Positions 54,249 through 63,999 of a DNA stretch of 64,000 nucleotides are shown here, in pieces. Position 1 is the stretch's first letter. Each line of letters opens with the position of its first letter. Where the stretch lies: the NCBI GenBank assembly GCA_041664365.1, contig JBAYKW010000001.1, positions 71,168-135,167 of the forward strand, in the 5' to 3' direction. The stretch is from Patescibacteria group bacterium. Lineage in GTDB: Bacteria > Patescibacteriota > Patescibacteriia > UM-FILTER-42-10. A model generated the notes under the pieces. The model saw only the letters and a list, made by a program, of their open reading frames with translations, ran no database searches and was not told where the DNA came from. The position numbers were made by a program, and so were the translations under genes.

Positions 54249-56072
54249 ATGAAACAAAAACAGATTGCAATATTAGATTTTGGTTCCCAATACACCCACT
54301 TAATTGCGCGGAGAATTCGCCAGCTGGGTGTTTTAGCTAATATCTATCCGCCGGAAACACCACTTATCAGACTGGAATCGTCCTGGGGAATCATCCTTTC
54401 GGGAGGACCAAACAGCGTTTATAATGATAAAATAAAATTTGACCGTAAAATTCTGAAAAGCGGTCTGCCGATTTTGGGCGTCTGTTACGGCCATCAGCTG
54501 ATCAGCCATCTGCTGGGCGGAAAAGTTGTTAGGGGTGATGTTAGAGAATACGGTGTGGCAGAGTTAAAAGTCGAGTCATTCAATGGCATCTTTAAAAAAT
54601 TCAGGCAAAAAAGCCAAGTCTGGATGAGCCATGGCGATCTGGTTACAAAGGTTCCAAAAGGATTCATAATTCTTGCCGGGACCCAACATTGCCCGGTTGC
54701 CGCGATGGGGAATACTGCAGAAAAAATTTACGGGGTTCAGTTTCACCCCGAAGTTTCGCATACGGAAAACGGACTGGATTTGATCAGAAATTTCGTTTTC
54801 AGCATCTGCGGCGCAAAAAAGGAATGGGATATCAGTCAGTATTTAGGGACAATTGAAGACGAGATAATAAAAAAAGTCGGTGAAAGAAAAGTTTTTTTAC
54901 TGGTTTCTGGCGGTGTGGATTCGGCAGTATGTTTTGCATTGCTTAACCGCGTGCTGGGAAAGGAAAAGGTGTTCGGGTTGCATATTGATCTGGGTTTTAT
55001 GAGGAAGAATGAATCAAGTGAAATTCAAAGTACTTTAGATAAGCTTGGATTCTCCAATTTGGCAATAATGAATGCGTCTGCAATGTTTCTTAGAAGATTA
55101 CGTGGAGTAATTGATCCGGAAAAAAAGCGGAAAATTATCGGTCGGGCTTATCTGGATGCGCAGAGAATTGCAATGAAAAGGTTTAAGCTTAATCCGAAAG
55201 ATTGGATACTAGCACAAGGGACCATTTATCCTGACACCATAGAATCGGGCGGTACAAAACATGCGGACAAAATAAAAACGCATCATAACCGCGTAAAAGA
55301 AGTTTTGGAAATGATAAAAAAAGGATTGGTCATTGAACCTTTGAAGGACCTTTATAAAGATGAAGTCCGGTTATTAGGGAAAAAAATTGGACTGCCCGAT
55401 GAAATAATTAACCGGCACCCGTTTCCCGGGCCTGGATTGGCTATCCGAATGATTTGTTCCGATGGGAGGCAATACGGAGACAATCTAAAAAAGCAGAACA
55501 AAGATCTGGATGAATTAATCACGCAGTTTAATTTTGATAACAAAACGGATATTACCGGATACGTTATGCCGGTCCGAAGTGTTGGTGTTCAGGGGGATGG
55601 GCGTACCTATGCTCATCCGGCGGTTTTTTCCGGCGATATAAGCATTAAGCAAATGCAGATTTTAGGACCGCTGGTTGCAAATCAGATCCCAAGTGTGAAT
55701 CGTGCCTGTCTGATACTTTTCAGCAGAAAAAATGCGGTAGGCATTGGTAAGAATAAAAAACTCCTGCTCAATAAAAAAAATATCAAACTTCTGCAGGAAG
55801 CGGACAATATTGTGCAGTCTGAAATAAAAAAATTCGGTTTGGATAAAAAGATTTGGCAGTTTCCGGTTGTTCTTGTGCCGTATTCGCTCTCGGGCGGCTA
55901 TACAATAATCCTACGGCCGGTGCAGTCCGAAGAGGCAATGACGGTAAAATTTTTTCCTCTGCCCGAAAATTTTGTAAAACAGATTGTTGCAAAGCTACAA
56001 AGCATAAAAATGATTGATCTAATTTTGTATGATTTCACTAACAAGCCGCCGGGCACGATTGAATGGGAATGA
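54249..56072 (+). CDS. guaA: GMP synthase (glutamine-hydrolysing), long form
   Basis: GATase Cys (GVCYGHQL). PP-loop SGGVDSAV. C-terminal dimerisation domain ending ...KPPGTIEWE. 607 aa. Confidence 0.9.
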   Translation: MKQKQIAILDFGSQYTHLIARRIRQLGVLANIYPPETPLIRLESSWGIILSGGPNSVYNDKIKFDRKILKSGLPILGVCYGHQLISHLLGGKVVRGDVREYGVAELKVESFNGIFKKFRQKSQVWMSHGDLVTKVPKGFIILAGTQHCPVAAMGNTAEKIYGVQFHPEVSHTENGLDLIRNFVFSICGAKKEWDISQYLGTIEDEIIKKVGERKVFLLVSGGVDSAVCFALLNRVLGKEKVFGLHIDLGFMRKNESSEIQSTLDKLGFSNLAIMNASAMFLRRLRGVIDPEKKRKIIGRAYLDAQRIAMKRFKLNPKDWILAQGTIYPDTIESGGTKHADKIKTHHNRVKEVLEMIKKGLVIEPLKDLYKDEVRLLGKKIGLPDEIINRHPFPGPGLAIRMICSDGRQYGDNLKKQNKDLDELITQFNFDNKTDITGYVMPVRSVGVQGDGRTYAHPAVFSGDISIKQMQILGPLVANQIPSVNRACLILFSRKNAVGIGKNKKLLLNKKNIKLLQEADNIVQSEIKKFGLDKKIWQFPVVLVPYSLSGGYTIILRPVQSEEAMTVKFFPLPENFVKQIVAKLQSIKMIDLILYDFTNKPPGTIEWE

Positions 56073-56093
56073 TATAAATGGTATACTGTCCTT

Positions 56094-57044
56094 ATGAACA
56101 GTGCGGTCCAAAAAACGGTAACAAAAATAGCATCTTTAGAAATACAGGGTGCGACACAGATAACCAGAGTAATTTTGGATGCTTTGCAGTCCGAAAGCAA
56201 TCAGTTGCTGAAAAAAACTAAGACTCAATTTCTCTCTGAGATAAGAAAAAGCGGCAAAGCGCTGGCAGAAGCAAGACCAACCGAACCGCTATCACGTAAT
56301 TCAGTCCAATTCGTATTACACTATTTAGAGAACAATAAAGACGGTTTGTCTGTCCCTGAACTGGTGAAACTACTAAAAAAAGCCTGCCATCTCTTTTTAG
56401 TTCTTCTGAAATATCATGATCAGAAAATTGCTGAGGCTGGTGCAAGACTGATTAAGCCGAATATGAAAGTGTTTACGCACTGTCATTCCTCGACTGTGGA
56501 ACATATTATTGCGGAGGCCAGCAAGCACTCTAAGATGCCGCGCGTTTTTTGCACGGAAACACGTCCGCTGTTTCAGGGCAGAACAACAGCTAAAAATCTT
56601 TTGAAACAAAAAATTGATGTTACAATGGTGGCTGATTCCGCAGCCGCGTTTCTGATCAGTAGAACTAGTGGTCGTGAAGTGATGGTGGACATTGCTTTTC
56701 TGGGTGCTGACTCTGTTACATCCGGCGGTTCGGTAATCAATAAAGTTGGCAGCTTTGGTATCGCACTGGTTGCTAATCATGAAAAAATCCCGGTTTATGT
56801 TGCTGCGTCTCTTTTAAAAACCGATCCGGAAACATTTATCAGTAAATATATCGGTATTGAACTGCGCGACCGAAAAGAAATATGGCCGAATGGTCCCAAG
56901 GGATTGAAGATAATCAATTTTGCTTTTGATCGTATCCCGTTCAAATTTATCAAGGGGATAATTTGTGAATTTGGCGTAATTAAGCCGCGCGATGTCGCGT
57001 ATCTGGTGCAAAAACATTACCCATGGATTTTTAAAAACTTTTAA
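56094..57044 (+). CDS. eIF-2B alpha/beta/delta-family isomerase, probable ribose-1,5-bisphosphate isomerase
   Basis: Family motifs VFTHCHSSTV, VFCTETRP and LGADSV. Sits between guaA and RuBisCO. Confidence 0.75.
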   Translation: MNSAVQKTVTKIASLEIQGATQITRVILDALQSESNQLLKKTKTQFLSEIRKSGKALAEARPTEPLSRNSVQFVLHYLENNKDGLSVPELVKLLKKACHLFLVLLKYHDQKIAEAGARLIKPNMKVFTHCHSSTVEHIIAEASKHSKMPRVFCTETRPLFQGRTTAKNLLKQKIDVTMVADSAAAFLISRTSGREVMVDIAFLGADSVTSGGSVINKVGSFGIALVANHEKIPVYVAASLLKTDPETFISKYIGIELRDRKEIWPNGPKGLKIINFAFDRIPFKFIKGIICEFGVIKPRDVAYLVQKHYPWIFKNF

Positions 57045-57045
57045 A

Positions 57046-58278
57046 ATGAATAAATTTTATAAAAAATTTGTTGATCAAGATTATAAACCAAAAAAAACGG
57101 AATTAGTCGCTTCTTTTTATATGGATACAAATATTGATTTTTCAGATGCGGCAGGAGGAGTAGCGGCAGAATCTTCTATCGGAACCTGGACTGATCTTGC
57201 CACATTATCCAAAGCAACATTTACAAAGCTTGGTGCTAAAGCATTTGATATTGATAAAAAAGCGCACACCTTCAAAGTCGCTTATCCAATTGCCTTGTTT
57301 GAAAAGGGAAGCATCCCGCAATTTTTATCCGGTGTTGCCGGAAATGTTTTTAGCATGAAGATAATAAAAAATCTGCGCCTCTCAGATGTTGATTTTCCGG
57401 AAAGTTATGTAAATAGTTTCCAGGGGCCACGCTTCGGTATTAAGGGTATTAGACGCATAACGGGAATTTATGACAGACCAATTCTAGGGTCGATTTTAAA
57501 GCCGAAGTTGGGTCTATCAGCACTGCAGCACGCCACTCTTTCTTATCAAGTATTCATCGGTGGAATTGATTTGGTAAAAGATGATGAAAATCTGACCGAC
57601 CTTTCCTTCAGCCGTTTTGACCAGCGGGTGCGTCTAACATTAAAAATGAGGGATAAAGCAGAAAAGGAAACAGGCAGTAAGAAGCTTTGTGTTTTTAATA
57701 TAACGGCACAGCCGGACGAAATGATCAGGAGAGCACAACTGGTTAAAAGTTTGGGTGGTGAAGTAGTGATGATAGATATGGTATCTGTCGGCCTCGACAA
57801 TGTGCAAATGTTGCGCAAACGGGATCTGGGATTAATAATCCATGGCCATCGCGCGGGACACTCAATGTTTACAAAAAACAGTAAGCACGGAATGAGTATG
57901 CTGGTGTTATCAAAACTGGCGCGTCTTGCCGGAATCGACCAATTGCATACCGGCACGGTAGTCGGAAAAATGGAAGGCGGTAAGGATAATGTGGTGGAAA
58001 TCGATGATTTTCTGCGCAGTAAATGGTTCGCAATCAAGACAGTATTCCCAATCGCATCGGGCGGTCTGTATCCTAATCTGATACCGTCGTTATACAAAAT
58101 ATTCGGCAAGGATGTAATTATGAACTTTGGCGGTGGAATTCATGGACACCCCGACGGAACATTCGCTGGTGCAAAAGCTGTAAAGCAGGCTTTGGACGCA
58201 ACAATTAACGGGGTGTCACTTGAAGAATATGCAAAGGATAACATCGAATTAGCTGTCGCGATTAGGTATTGGAAATAA
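57046..58278 (+). CDS. rbcL: RuBisCO large subunit, form II/III
   Basis: Start at MNKFYKK (57046); the track ORF begins upstream, inside the previous gene. Motifs KPKLGLS, GGIDLVKDDENL (carbamylated Lys), IHGHRAGH and GGGIHGHPDG. Confidence 0.9.
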   Translation: MNKFYKKFVDQDYKPKKTELVASFYMDTNIDFSDAAGGVAAESSIGTWTDLATLSKATFTKLGAKAFDIDKKAHTFKVAYPIALFEKGSIPQFLSGVAGNVFSMKIIKNLRLSDVDFPESYVNSFQGPRFGIKGIRRITGIYDRPILGSILKPKLGLSALQHATLSYQVFIGGIDLVKDDENLTDLSFSRFDQRVRLTLKMRDKAEKETGSKKLCVFNITAQPDEMIRRAQLVKSLGGEVVMIDMVSVGLDNVQMLRKRDLGLIIHGHRAGHSMFTKNSKHGMSMLVLSKLARLAGIDQLHTGTVVGKMEGGKDNVVEIDDFLRSKWFAIKTVFPIASGGLYPNLIPSLYKIFGKDVIMNFGGGIHGHPDGTFAGAKAVKQALDATINGVSLEEYAKDNIELAVAIRYWK

Positions 58279-58351
58279 GTAATTCGTAAATGGTAATTGG
58301 TAATCACGAACTGCAAATTACTAAATTACCAATTACAAATAAAAATAAATC

Positions 58352-59854
58352 ATGGCATTCTATTTGAGGGCAAAAAAGATTGATATTGAAACCGGCGAAA
58401 TGCCGAAGGTTCTTTTGAATGAAAAGGAGGCATTGAATTTTGGTATTCGTGCGGGGGATAGCATCGGTTTATCTTGGCATAATCGCAAAAGAATATTCGC
58501 AACTGTGAATTTAGCAGAAAAGGAGATTAAACCAGGAGAGATAGGGCTGTTTGAGGAAATCTGGGTTAAGTACCCGATGAAGAAAGATGAAATTATTGAA
58601 GTTGCAATAGTGGAACGCCCGGAATCAGTAAAAGCTATAAATAAAAAATTAAAAGGCGGTGTATTAAACTATGAAGAAATCCATTCAATAATCGCCGATA
58701 TTGTAAGCAGAAGACTTGGTCCTGTTGAGACTTCATATTTTGTCGCATCAGGTTTTTCACAACCGTATACATCTCAAGAATTGTACTCTTTGACGAAGTC
58801 AATCGCTGAAACGGGGGAACAGCTGAGTTTCCCTAAAAACAAAATTGTAGTGGACAAACATTCCGTCGGTGGTTTGGCCGGAAACAGAACAACAATGATC
58901 GTAGTACCGATTGTTGCTGCATTCGGTTTGTATATTCCCAAAACATCTTCACGTGCGATAACTTCTCCATCAGGAACAGCAGATACAATGGAGGTATTAG
59001 CACCGGTCAGTTTCACCATGGCAAGGATCAAGCAGATGGTAATGAAAAATAAAGTATGTATGATCTGGGGTGGCGGACTGAATATTGCTCCGGCAGATGA
59101 TTTAATAATCAAGGTTACAAAACCGTTATCCTTAGAACCATTTGATAAAATGGTTGTCAGTATTTTAGCAAAAAAAGTTGCAATGGGAATTAAATATCTG
59201 ATAATTGATATGCCGGTCGGTATTACATCGAAAATTCCGGATATGAAAACCGCAAATGATATTGAAAAGAAGTTCATATATCTGGGCAAGCGTTTCGGAA
59301 TTAAAGTTCATGTGGAAAAAATATTTGCCAATGAACCGGTAGGTAGAGGGGTCGGACCAGCATTAGAATCACGCGATGTCCTGCGTGTATTGCAACAAAA
59401 AAGCAACAGGCCAAAAGATTTACAGGATAAGGCACTGATTTTGGCTGGAAAACTTCTGGAAATATCCGGTCAGGTGGCGCGCGGTAAGGGAAAGTCAGTT
59501 GCAGAAGAAATTCTAGTTTCCGGTAAGGCATGGAAAAAAATGCAGGTTGTAATCAAGGAGCAAGGGGGTGATTCAACAATTGATTCAGACGCTGTGGTTT
59601 TGGGTGGTGAATATTACCGGGTACTTTCGACAAAGATTGGAAAGATAACTGCAGTTGATAATAAAGCCATAGACGAGATCGCCAGAACTTTAGGAGCTCC
59701 AGCAGAGAAGCTAGCCGGTATTTATTTACATAAAAGGGTTGGACAGGAAGTTAAGAAAGGCAGTAAACTATTCACTTTTTATGCAAACCGCAGGGAAAGA
59801 ATTGAACTCGCAAAAAAAGCTATTGAAAAGATCAATATATTTACAATTTCTTAG
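58352..59854 (+). CDS. AMP phosphorylase (thymidine phosphorylase family, archaeal DeoA-like)
   Basis: N-terminal AMPpase-specific domain (KKIDIETGEMPKVLLNEKEALNFGIRAGDSI). Thymidine-phosphorylase core VDKHSVGGLAGNRTTMIVVPIVAAFG. 500 aa. Confidence 0.85.
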   Translation: MAFYLRAKKIDIETGEMPKVLLNEKEALNFGIRAGDSIGLSWHNRKRIFATVNLAEKEIKPGEIGLFEEIWVKYPMKKDEIIEVAIVERPESVKAINKKLKGGVLNYEEIHSIIADIVSRRLGPVETSYFVASGFSQPYTSQELYSLTKSIAETGEQLSFPKNKIVVDKHSVGGLAGNRTTMIVVPIVAAFGLYIPKTSSRAITSPSGTADTMEVLAPVSFTMARIKQMVMKNKVCMIWGGGLNIAPADDLIIKVTKPLSLEPFDKMVVSILAKKVAMGIKYLIIDMPVGITSKIPDMKTANDIEKKFIYLGKRFGIKVHVEKIFANEPVGRGVGPALESRDVLRVLQQKSNRPKDLQDKALILAGKLLEISGQVARGKGKSVAEEILVSGKAWKKMQVVIKEQGGDSTIDSDAVVLGGEYYRVLSTKIGKITAVDNKAIDEIARTLGAPAEKLAGIYLHKRVGQEVKKGSKLFTFYANRRERIELAKKAIEKINIFTIS

Positions 59855-59967
59855 TAATTCCACTCATTCTGTATTAACCGCTAATTTCAGCGGTTTTATG
59901 TTAACATTGACATGAATGAATGTTTGTGATAGTATCAAACGTTGTTTAAATTAGTAATAATATAGAT

Positions 59968-61614
59968 ATGAATAAAAAAATAATATTTTTGATAGTATTG
60001 ATATTTGGTGCTTTCATACCGATATCAGTAAAAGCTGCTAGTGTAACAAATAACGTAGATGACTTCATTGGAACATTAGCAGAACCAAGGACAATTCAAT
60101 ATAATCGTGCGCCATATTTTGATGGTGACCGATTGTTTAATGGTACAACCTTTCAAAATATTCTTCAGGGAGTAACTGATTTTGACAGCACAAATAGCAT
60201 TACCGCAAAGGATGGCGTTGTCATTAGTGCGCTTGCCTATGATTTAGGATATCCAAAACCTGCGGGATACGGGGATAATCTATTGGCGGTAGACGCGAAT
60301 GGTATTGTTGTGAGTGATCATGGTCCATTTTCACCCCAACTGACACTTGGGTTTGTTACAAAAAATGCACAACGGACCAGTTATGTGTTTTCACAAACAA
60401 AGAAAATTGGCATCCAGGTGACAAACGAATATTCCATAACTGCTTTTGTATATAATAGTGCAGGTGAAAAGATTGAAACAGTACAATTGGCAGGAAGCAC
60501 GTTTTATGGTATTACACTTCAGAATAATGCAAATTTTATTGTGTTACAGTTTGCAATACCTCAGGGTGCTGGAATAACCGGCTTAGTATTTGAACATAAG
60601 GGAATGGAGATTCCGGAGTTTGTACCATTGCCGGTAGTTAGTACTCTACCTGATTCAGATGTTGTAGGACCAAGTGATAAAACCGGAATAATTGTTGCCA
60701 GTAACCAATGGGAAGCGCCGTATGTTAGAGTATTCAGCAATCAAGGTGAGTTCATACGAGAATTCCTGGTTTACGAAAAAGAATATTTAGGTGGAATTAA
60801 TCTGTCGATTGGAGATATTACTCTTGATGGTAAGGCTGATATTGTCGTCAGTCCAGTGCTGGGAAGAATGCCGGAGGTAAAAATATACAGTGTAGAAGGA
60901 AATTTAATAAATTCATTTCTAGCATATGATGAAAGTTTCGGCGGTGGAATCAATATTGCAATTGGTGATGTTGACGGAAATGGAATCAAGGAAATAATCA
61001 CCGGAGCGGGAGTGGGCGGACATCTGGTAAAAGTTTTTACTTATCGTGATGGACAATATCAGTTAATGAAGGAGTTTTCCGCATACAATTATAATTATCT
61101 TTTAGGCGTAAAAGTAGCAGCCGGAGATTTGGACGGAGATGGTAAATCGGAAATAATTACTGGAACCGAATCAGGCGGTGGTCCTCACGTTCGGGTTTTT
61201 GACGGCAACGGCAATCTTAAATTTTCACCGGGGTTCTTTGCTTACCGTGAGGATTTAAGGCATGGAATTAAGGTTGCATGTGGTGATTTAGACGGCGACG
61301 GTAGGGATGAGATTATTACCGGAACAAATATACGAATGGGGCCGCATGTTAGAGTTTTCGATCCCTTCGGAAATATCAAATTTACGCCGGGATTCTTCGC
61401 CTATGATAATGCTTTTAGAGGCGGAGTAAATGTGGCTGTTGCTGATTTAAACCAGGATGGGCGTGACGAAATCATAACAGGTGCTGGCCCGGGTGGCGGT
61501 CCACATATCCGAATATTTAACAGATATGGCGATACAATTGTGAGCTCCGGGTTCTTTGCTTATCCCATGTCATACAGAAGTGGTGTTCAAGTAGGCGGGG
61601 GAATAATAGAATAA
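59968..61614 (+). CDS. Secreted FG-GAP/VCBS repeat protein
   Basis: Signal peptide (MNKKIIFLIVLIFGAFIPISVKA). Seven or more repeats of GD[LV]DGDG[KR][DS]EIITG with intervening F..AY beta strands. Confidence 0.7.
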   Translation: MNKKIIFLIVLIFGAFIPISVKAASVTNNVDDFIGTLAEPRTIQYNRAPYFDGDRLFNGTTFQNILQGVTDFDSTNSITAKDGVVISALAYDLGYPKPAGYGDNLLAVDANGIVVSDHGPFSPQLTLGFVTKNAQRTSYVFSQTKKIGIQVTNEYSITAFVYNSAGEKIETVQLAGSTFYGITLQNNANFIVLQFAIPQGAGITGLVFEHKGMEIPEFVPLPVVSTLPDSDVVGPSDKTGIIVASNQWEAPYVRVFSNQGEFIREFLVYEKEYLGGINLSIGDITLDGKADIVVSPVLGRMPEVKIYSVEGNLINSFLAYDESFGGGINIAIGDVDGNGIKEIITGAGVGGHLVKVFTYRDGQYQLMKEFSAYNYNYLLGVKVAAGDLDGDGKSEIITGTESGGGPHVRVFDGNGNLKFSPGFFAYREDLRHGIKVACGDLDGDGRDEIITGTNIRMGPHVRVFDPFGNIKFTPGFFAYDNAFRGGVNVAVADLNQDGRDEIITGAGPGGGPHIRIFNRYGDTIVSSGFFAYPMSYRSGVQVGGGIIE

Positions 61615-61720
61615 ACCATATAAAAAACTGTTTCGAATAGCGGAACGGTTTTTTATATTAAACACATTGACCCGCAATATAAACGGAACTACAATACACA
61701 TATCAGTAATTTTTAGATGA

Positions 61721-62941
61721 ATGAATATTTTTTTGCGTGAAACAAAACATTATAAGATGCTGCCTGAGAAGTCTCGGATTTTGATATTTTCCTTTGCTTT
61801 GCGCAGTATCGCGCATCCGCTTTTGACTATTTTTATCAATTCATTTATCTGGCGCAGCACCGCATCGCTTCCCAGTGTCGTTATATATAATCTCGGTTTT
61901 TTCATTTTTCTCCCACTTGGTTTTTATGTCAACGGGTTGTTATTAAAGCGGATTAAAATAACAAAGTTGTATTTTACCGGTTTAGTGGTGACTTCGATCG
62001 CGATTGCTGCGACGATTTTGTTTTCAGGCAGTACTGTCTGGCATTTTTTATTTTACGGTGGGATCTATGGTTTCGGTGCCGGAATCTACTGGGCAAACCG
62101 TAATTTTCTTACATTTCAGGAAATTGAATCCAGCCATCGCAATTACTTTTACAGCATTGCATCCATTCTGAATTCCCTTATTTCTTTGCTGGTTACTTTT
62201 TTGGTTGGTTGGCTGATCGTGCTGGGGGAGAATAGCGGGCTGTATACCCCAACAATTGCCTACTGGGTGCTTTCCGTGCTGGCCGTAGTAGTCATGACAT
62301 ATTCCGGAGTAATAATTTTGAAAACAGATTATGTTACACCTAAAATAAATACCATAGCCAAATTCCGGATTTCCACAAAATGGAATATGGTACGGCTGAT
62401 CAGCTTTAGTATGGGAGTTTTGGAAGGAGTAGGGTTCTTCCTTCCGACGCTACTTATTTTATTTTATCTGGGTGACGAGGGAGTATTAGGAACGATCAGT
62501 ACAATTGTCACATTAATAATTGCCACTGCGACATATCTGTACGGTCGGCTTTCTAAAAGTCATCATCGCAAACCGGTATTTTTTGTATCGCTTTCCCTGA
62601 ATATATTATTTTCAATATTTTTATTGCTATTAGATCACCCATTCAATATTTATGTTTATGTATTATTTGCCGGCATTGCCTCCATCTTTCAGTGGCTGAC
62701 AATCGAGCCGATTCTTCTGGACGTTATGGATGACGAGACCAACGAGGAGATGGATAACCAGTACATGTTTGTTTTTGACAAGGAGTTGTTTCTGAATATT
62801 GGCAGGTTTTTCAGTGTTTCTGTTTTGTTATTGATAATAAAATTTACATCACAAAAGACAGGGTTAATGGTTTCGCCGCTCATATTGGGCGTAAGTCAGT
62901 TAATACTAATGTCATATATCCTGCGGAAAAGTAAATTTTAG
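61721..62941 (+). CDS. MFS-like multi-pass membrane transporter
   Basis: 406 aa with about 12 TM helices in two halves. No specific substrate motif recognised. Confidence 0.55.
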   Translation: MNIFLRETKHYKMLPEKSRILIFSFALRSIAHPLLTIFINSFIWRSTASLPSVVIYNLGFFIFLPLGFYVNGLLLKRIKITKLYFTGLVVTSIAIAATILFSGSTVWHFLFYGGIYGFGAGIYWANRNFLTFQEIESSHRNYFYSIASILNSLISLLVTFLVGWLIVLGENSGLYTPTIAYWVLSVLAVVVMTYSGVIILKTDYVTPKINTIAKFRISTKWNMVRLISFSMGVLEGVGFFLPTLLILFYLGDEGVLGTISTIVTLIIATATYLYGRLSKSHHRKPVFFVSLSLNILFSIFLLLLDHPFNIYVYVLFAGIASIFQWLTIEPILLDVMDDETNEEMDNQYMFVFDKELFLNIGRFFSVSVLLLIIKFTSQKTGLMVSPLILGVSQLILMSYILRKSKF

Positions 62942-62999
62942 ATTTAAATATTTAAGAGAAAATTAAAACAGTATTAATCGATACTGTTTTTGATTATGC

Positions 63000-63482
63000 T
63001 TAAAGTTTTCCCTGCTTAACCAGATCAGCGGATGACGGACCTGTTTGAATTTTGTAATGTGTTTTAGATTGATCCGCAAAATAATCTCTTATCCGTTCTA
63101 CTTGTTTAGGGGAAGTGTTTTTCGGAAATTGTTCCAATCCAAAGTATTTAATTTCATCTGCTTCATCAGTCAGTGTAATTTCACCACAAGTTATTTCACA
63201 GGTAAAAGAAAATACAATTTCATTTTTATCCGGTTTGCTGTATACACCTGAAAGATGAATTATTCTGGTATCGAGACCTGTCTCTTCCTTAATCTCGCGA
63301 ATTACAGCGTCCCAGGGAGATTCATTTGCTTCCACTTTGCCTCCAGGCAGATTCCACAAATCCAAATCCCGGCGGTGACTGAGTAAAACTCGTTCCTTTT
63401 CATCCATGATTATTCCGAATGTTCCGATGGTGAACATATTAAATAAATTTTCGACAGTTTTTCGCTCCGCAGTTGCATTCAA
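63000..63482 (-). CDS. NUDIX hydrolase
   Basis: Nudix box GGKVEANESPWDAVIREIKEETGL. A possible later start (MFTIGTF) would remove the overlap with the SET gene. Confidence 0.8.
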   Translation of the reverse strand: MNATAERKTVENLFNMFTIGTFGIIMDEKERVLLSHRRDLDLWNLPGGKVEANESPWDAVIREIKEETGLDTRIIHLSGVYSKPDKNEIVFSFTCEITCGEITLTDEADEIKYFGLEQFPKNTSPKQVERIRDYFADQSKTHYKIQTGPSSADLVKQGKL

Positions 63483-63816
63483 AATGCATCAGCATCTTTG
63501 ATTTGGAATAATCTGACGTTATTTCTTCACCTTCTTTAATATCTCTGACCGCAATATCGCAATCCTCTCCGGTTTCTGTGTTCGGATCGCAGGAGTGATT
63601 AACGTATCTTTCCGGTTCCTGCTGATGCAGATATTTGCCTCCCGCATAGTTGGCGATGTAATGCCTTTCAGAGGCAGGCAGTTTTTTAACTTCTTCCATG
63701 CTAAGAATGCTGTTCACTTGCCAGGGGAGCACTACCTCGCCTTTTTTAAAGTCTTTCGTCGCAAAAACACCCTTATTGTTGATGCTGGACCCTTTAACTA
63801 TTACGTTATCTGTCAT
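63439..63816 (-). CDS. Minimal SET-domain protein (putative protein-lysine methyltransferase)
   Basis: GVFATKDFKKGEVV, NHSCDPN and EGEEITSDY SET motifs. Post-SET CNCGAKNCR. Confidence 0.7.
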   Translation of the reverse strand: MTDNVIVKGSSINNKGVFATKDFKKGEVVLPWQVNSILSMEEVKKLPASERHYIANYAGGKYLHQQEPERYVNHSCDPNTETGEDCDIAVRDIKEGEEITSDYSKSKMLMHFECNCGAKNCRKFI

Positions 63817-63824
63817 AAATGTTT

Positions 63825-63999
63825 TTATTTAAAATTAGGGTTGCGATTGAAGAAATCGGTTAATGCGCCTTCTTTGTTATCTAAATCTATTTCTTTAAGT
63901 TCGTCAAGCGAAACCCATTTGTATTGTGATGCCTCTCTTTGGTCCAGTGTGGGTTCCATATCAGTGTGCACATGAAAATACATGATTAGTCGGGAAGTT
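63825..63999 (-). CDS. Partial ORF at the window edge (C-terminal ~58 aa; possibly the NUDIX C-terminus)
   Basis: Reads MYFHVHTDMEPTLDQREASQYKWVSLDELKEIDLDNKEGALTDFFNRNPNFK*. There is no stop upstream in frame, so the gene probably continues beyond the window. Confidence 0.3.
   Translation of the reverse strand, partial: TSRLIMYFHVHTDMEPTLDQREASQYKWVSLDELKEIDLDNKEGALTDFFNRNPNFK

Noticed and set aside
56992-57045. N-terminal extension of rbcL into the e2b2 gene
   Set aside because: The ATG at 57046 immediately follows the e2b2 stop and begins the conserved RuBisCO N-terminus. The extension overlaps the upstream CDS.
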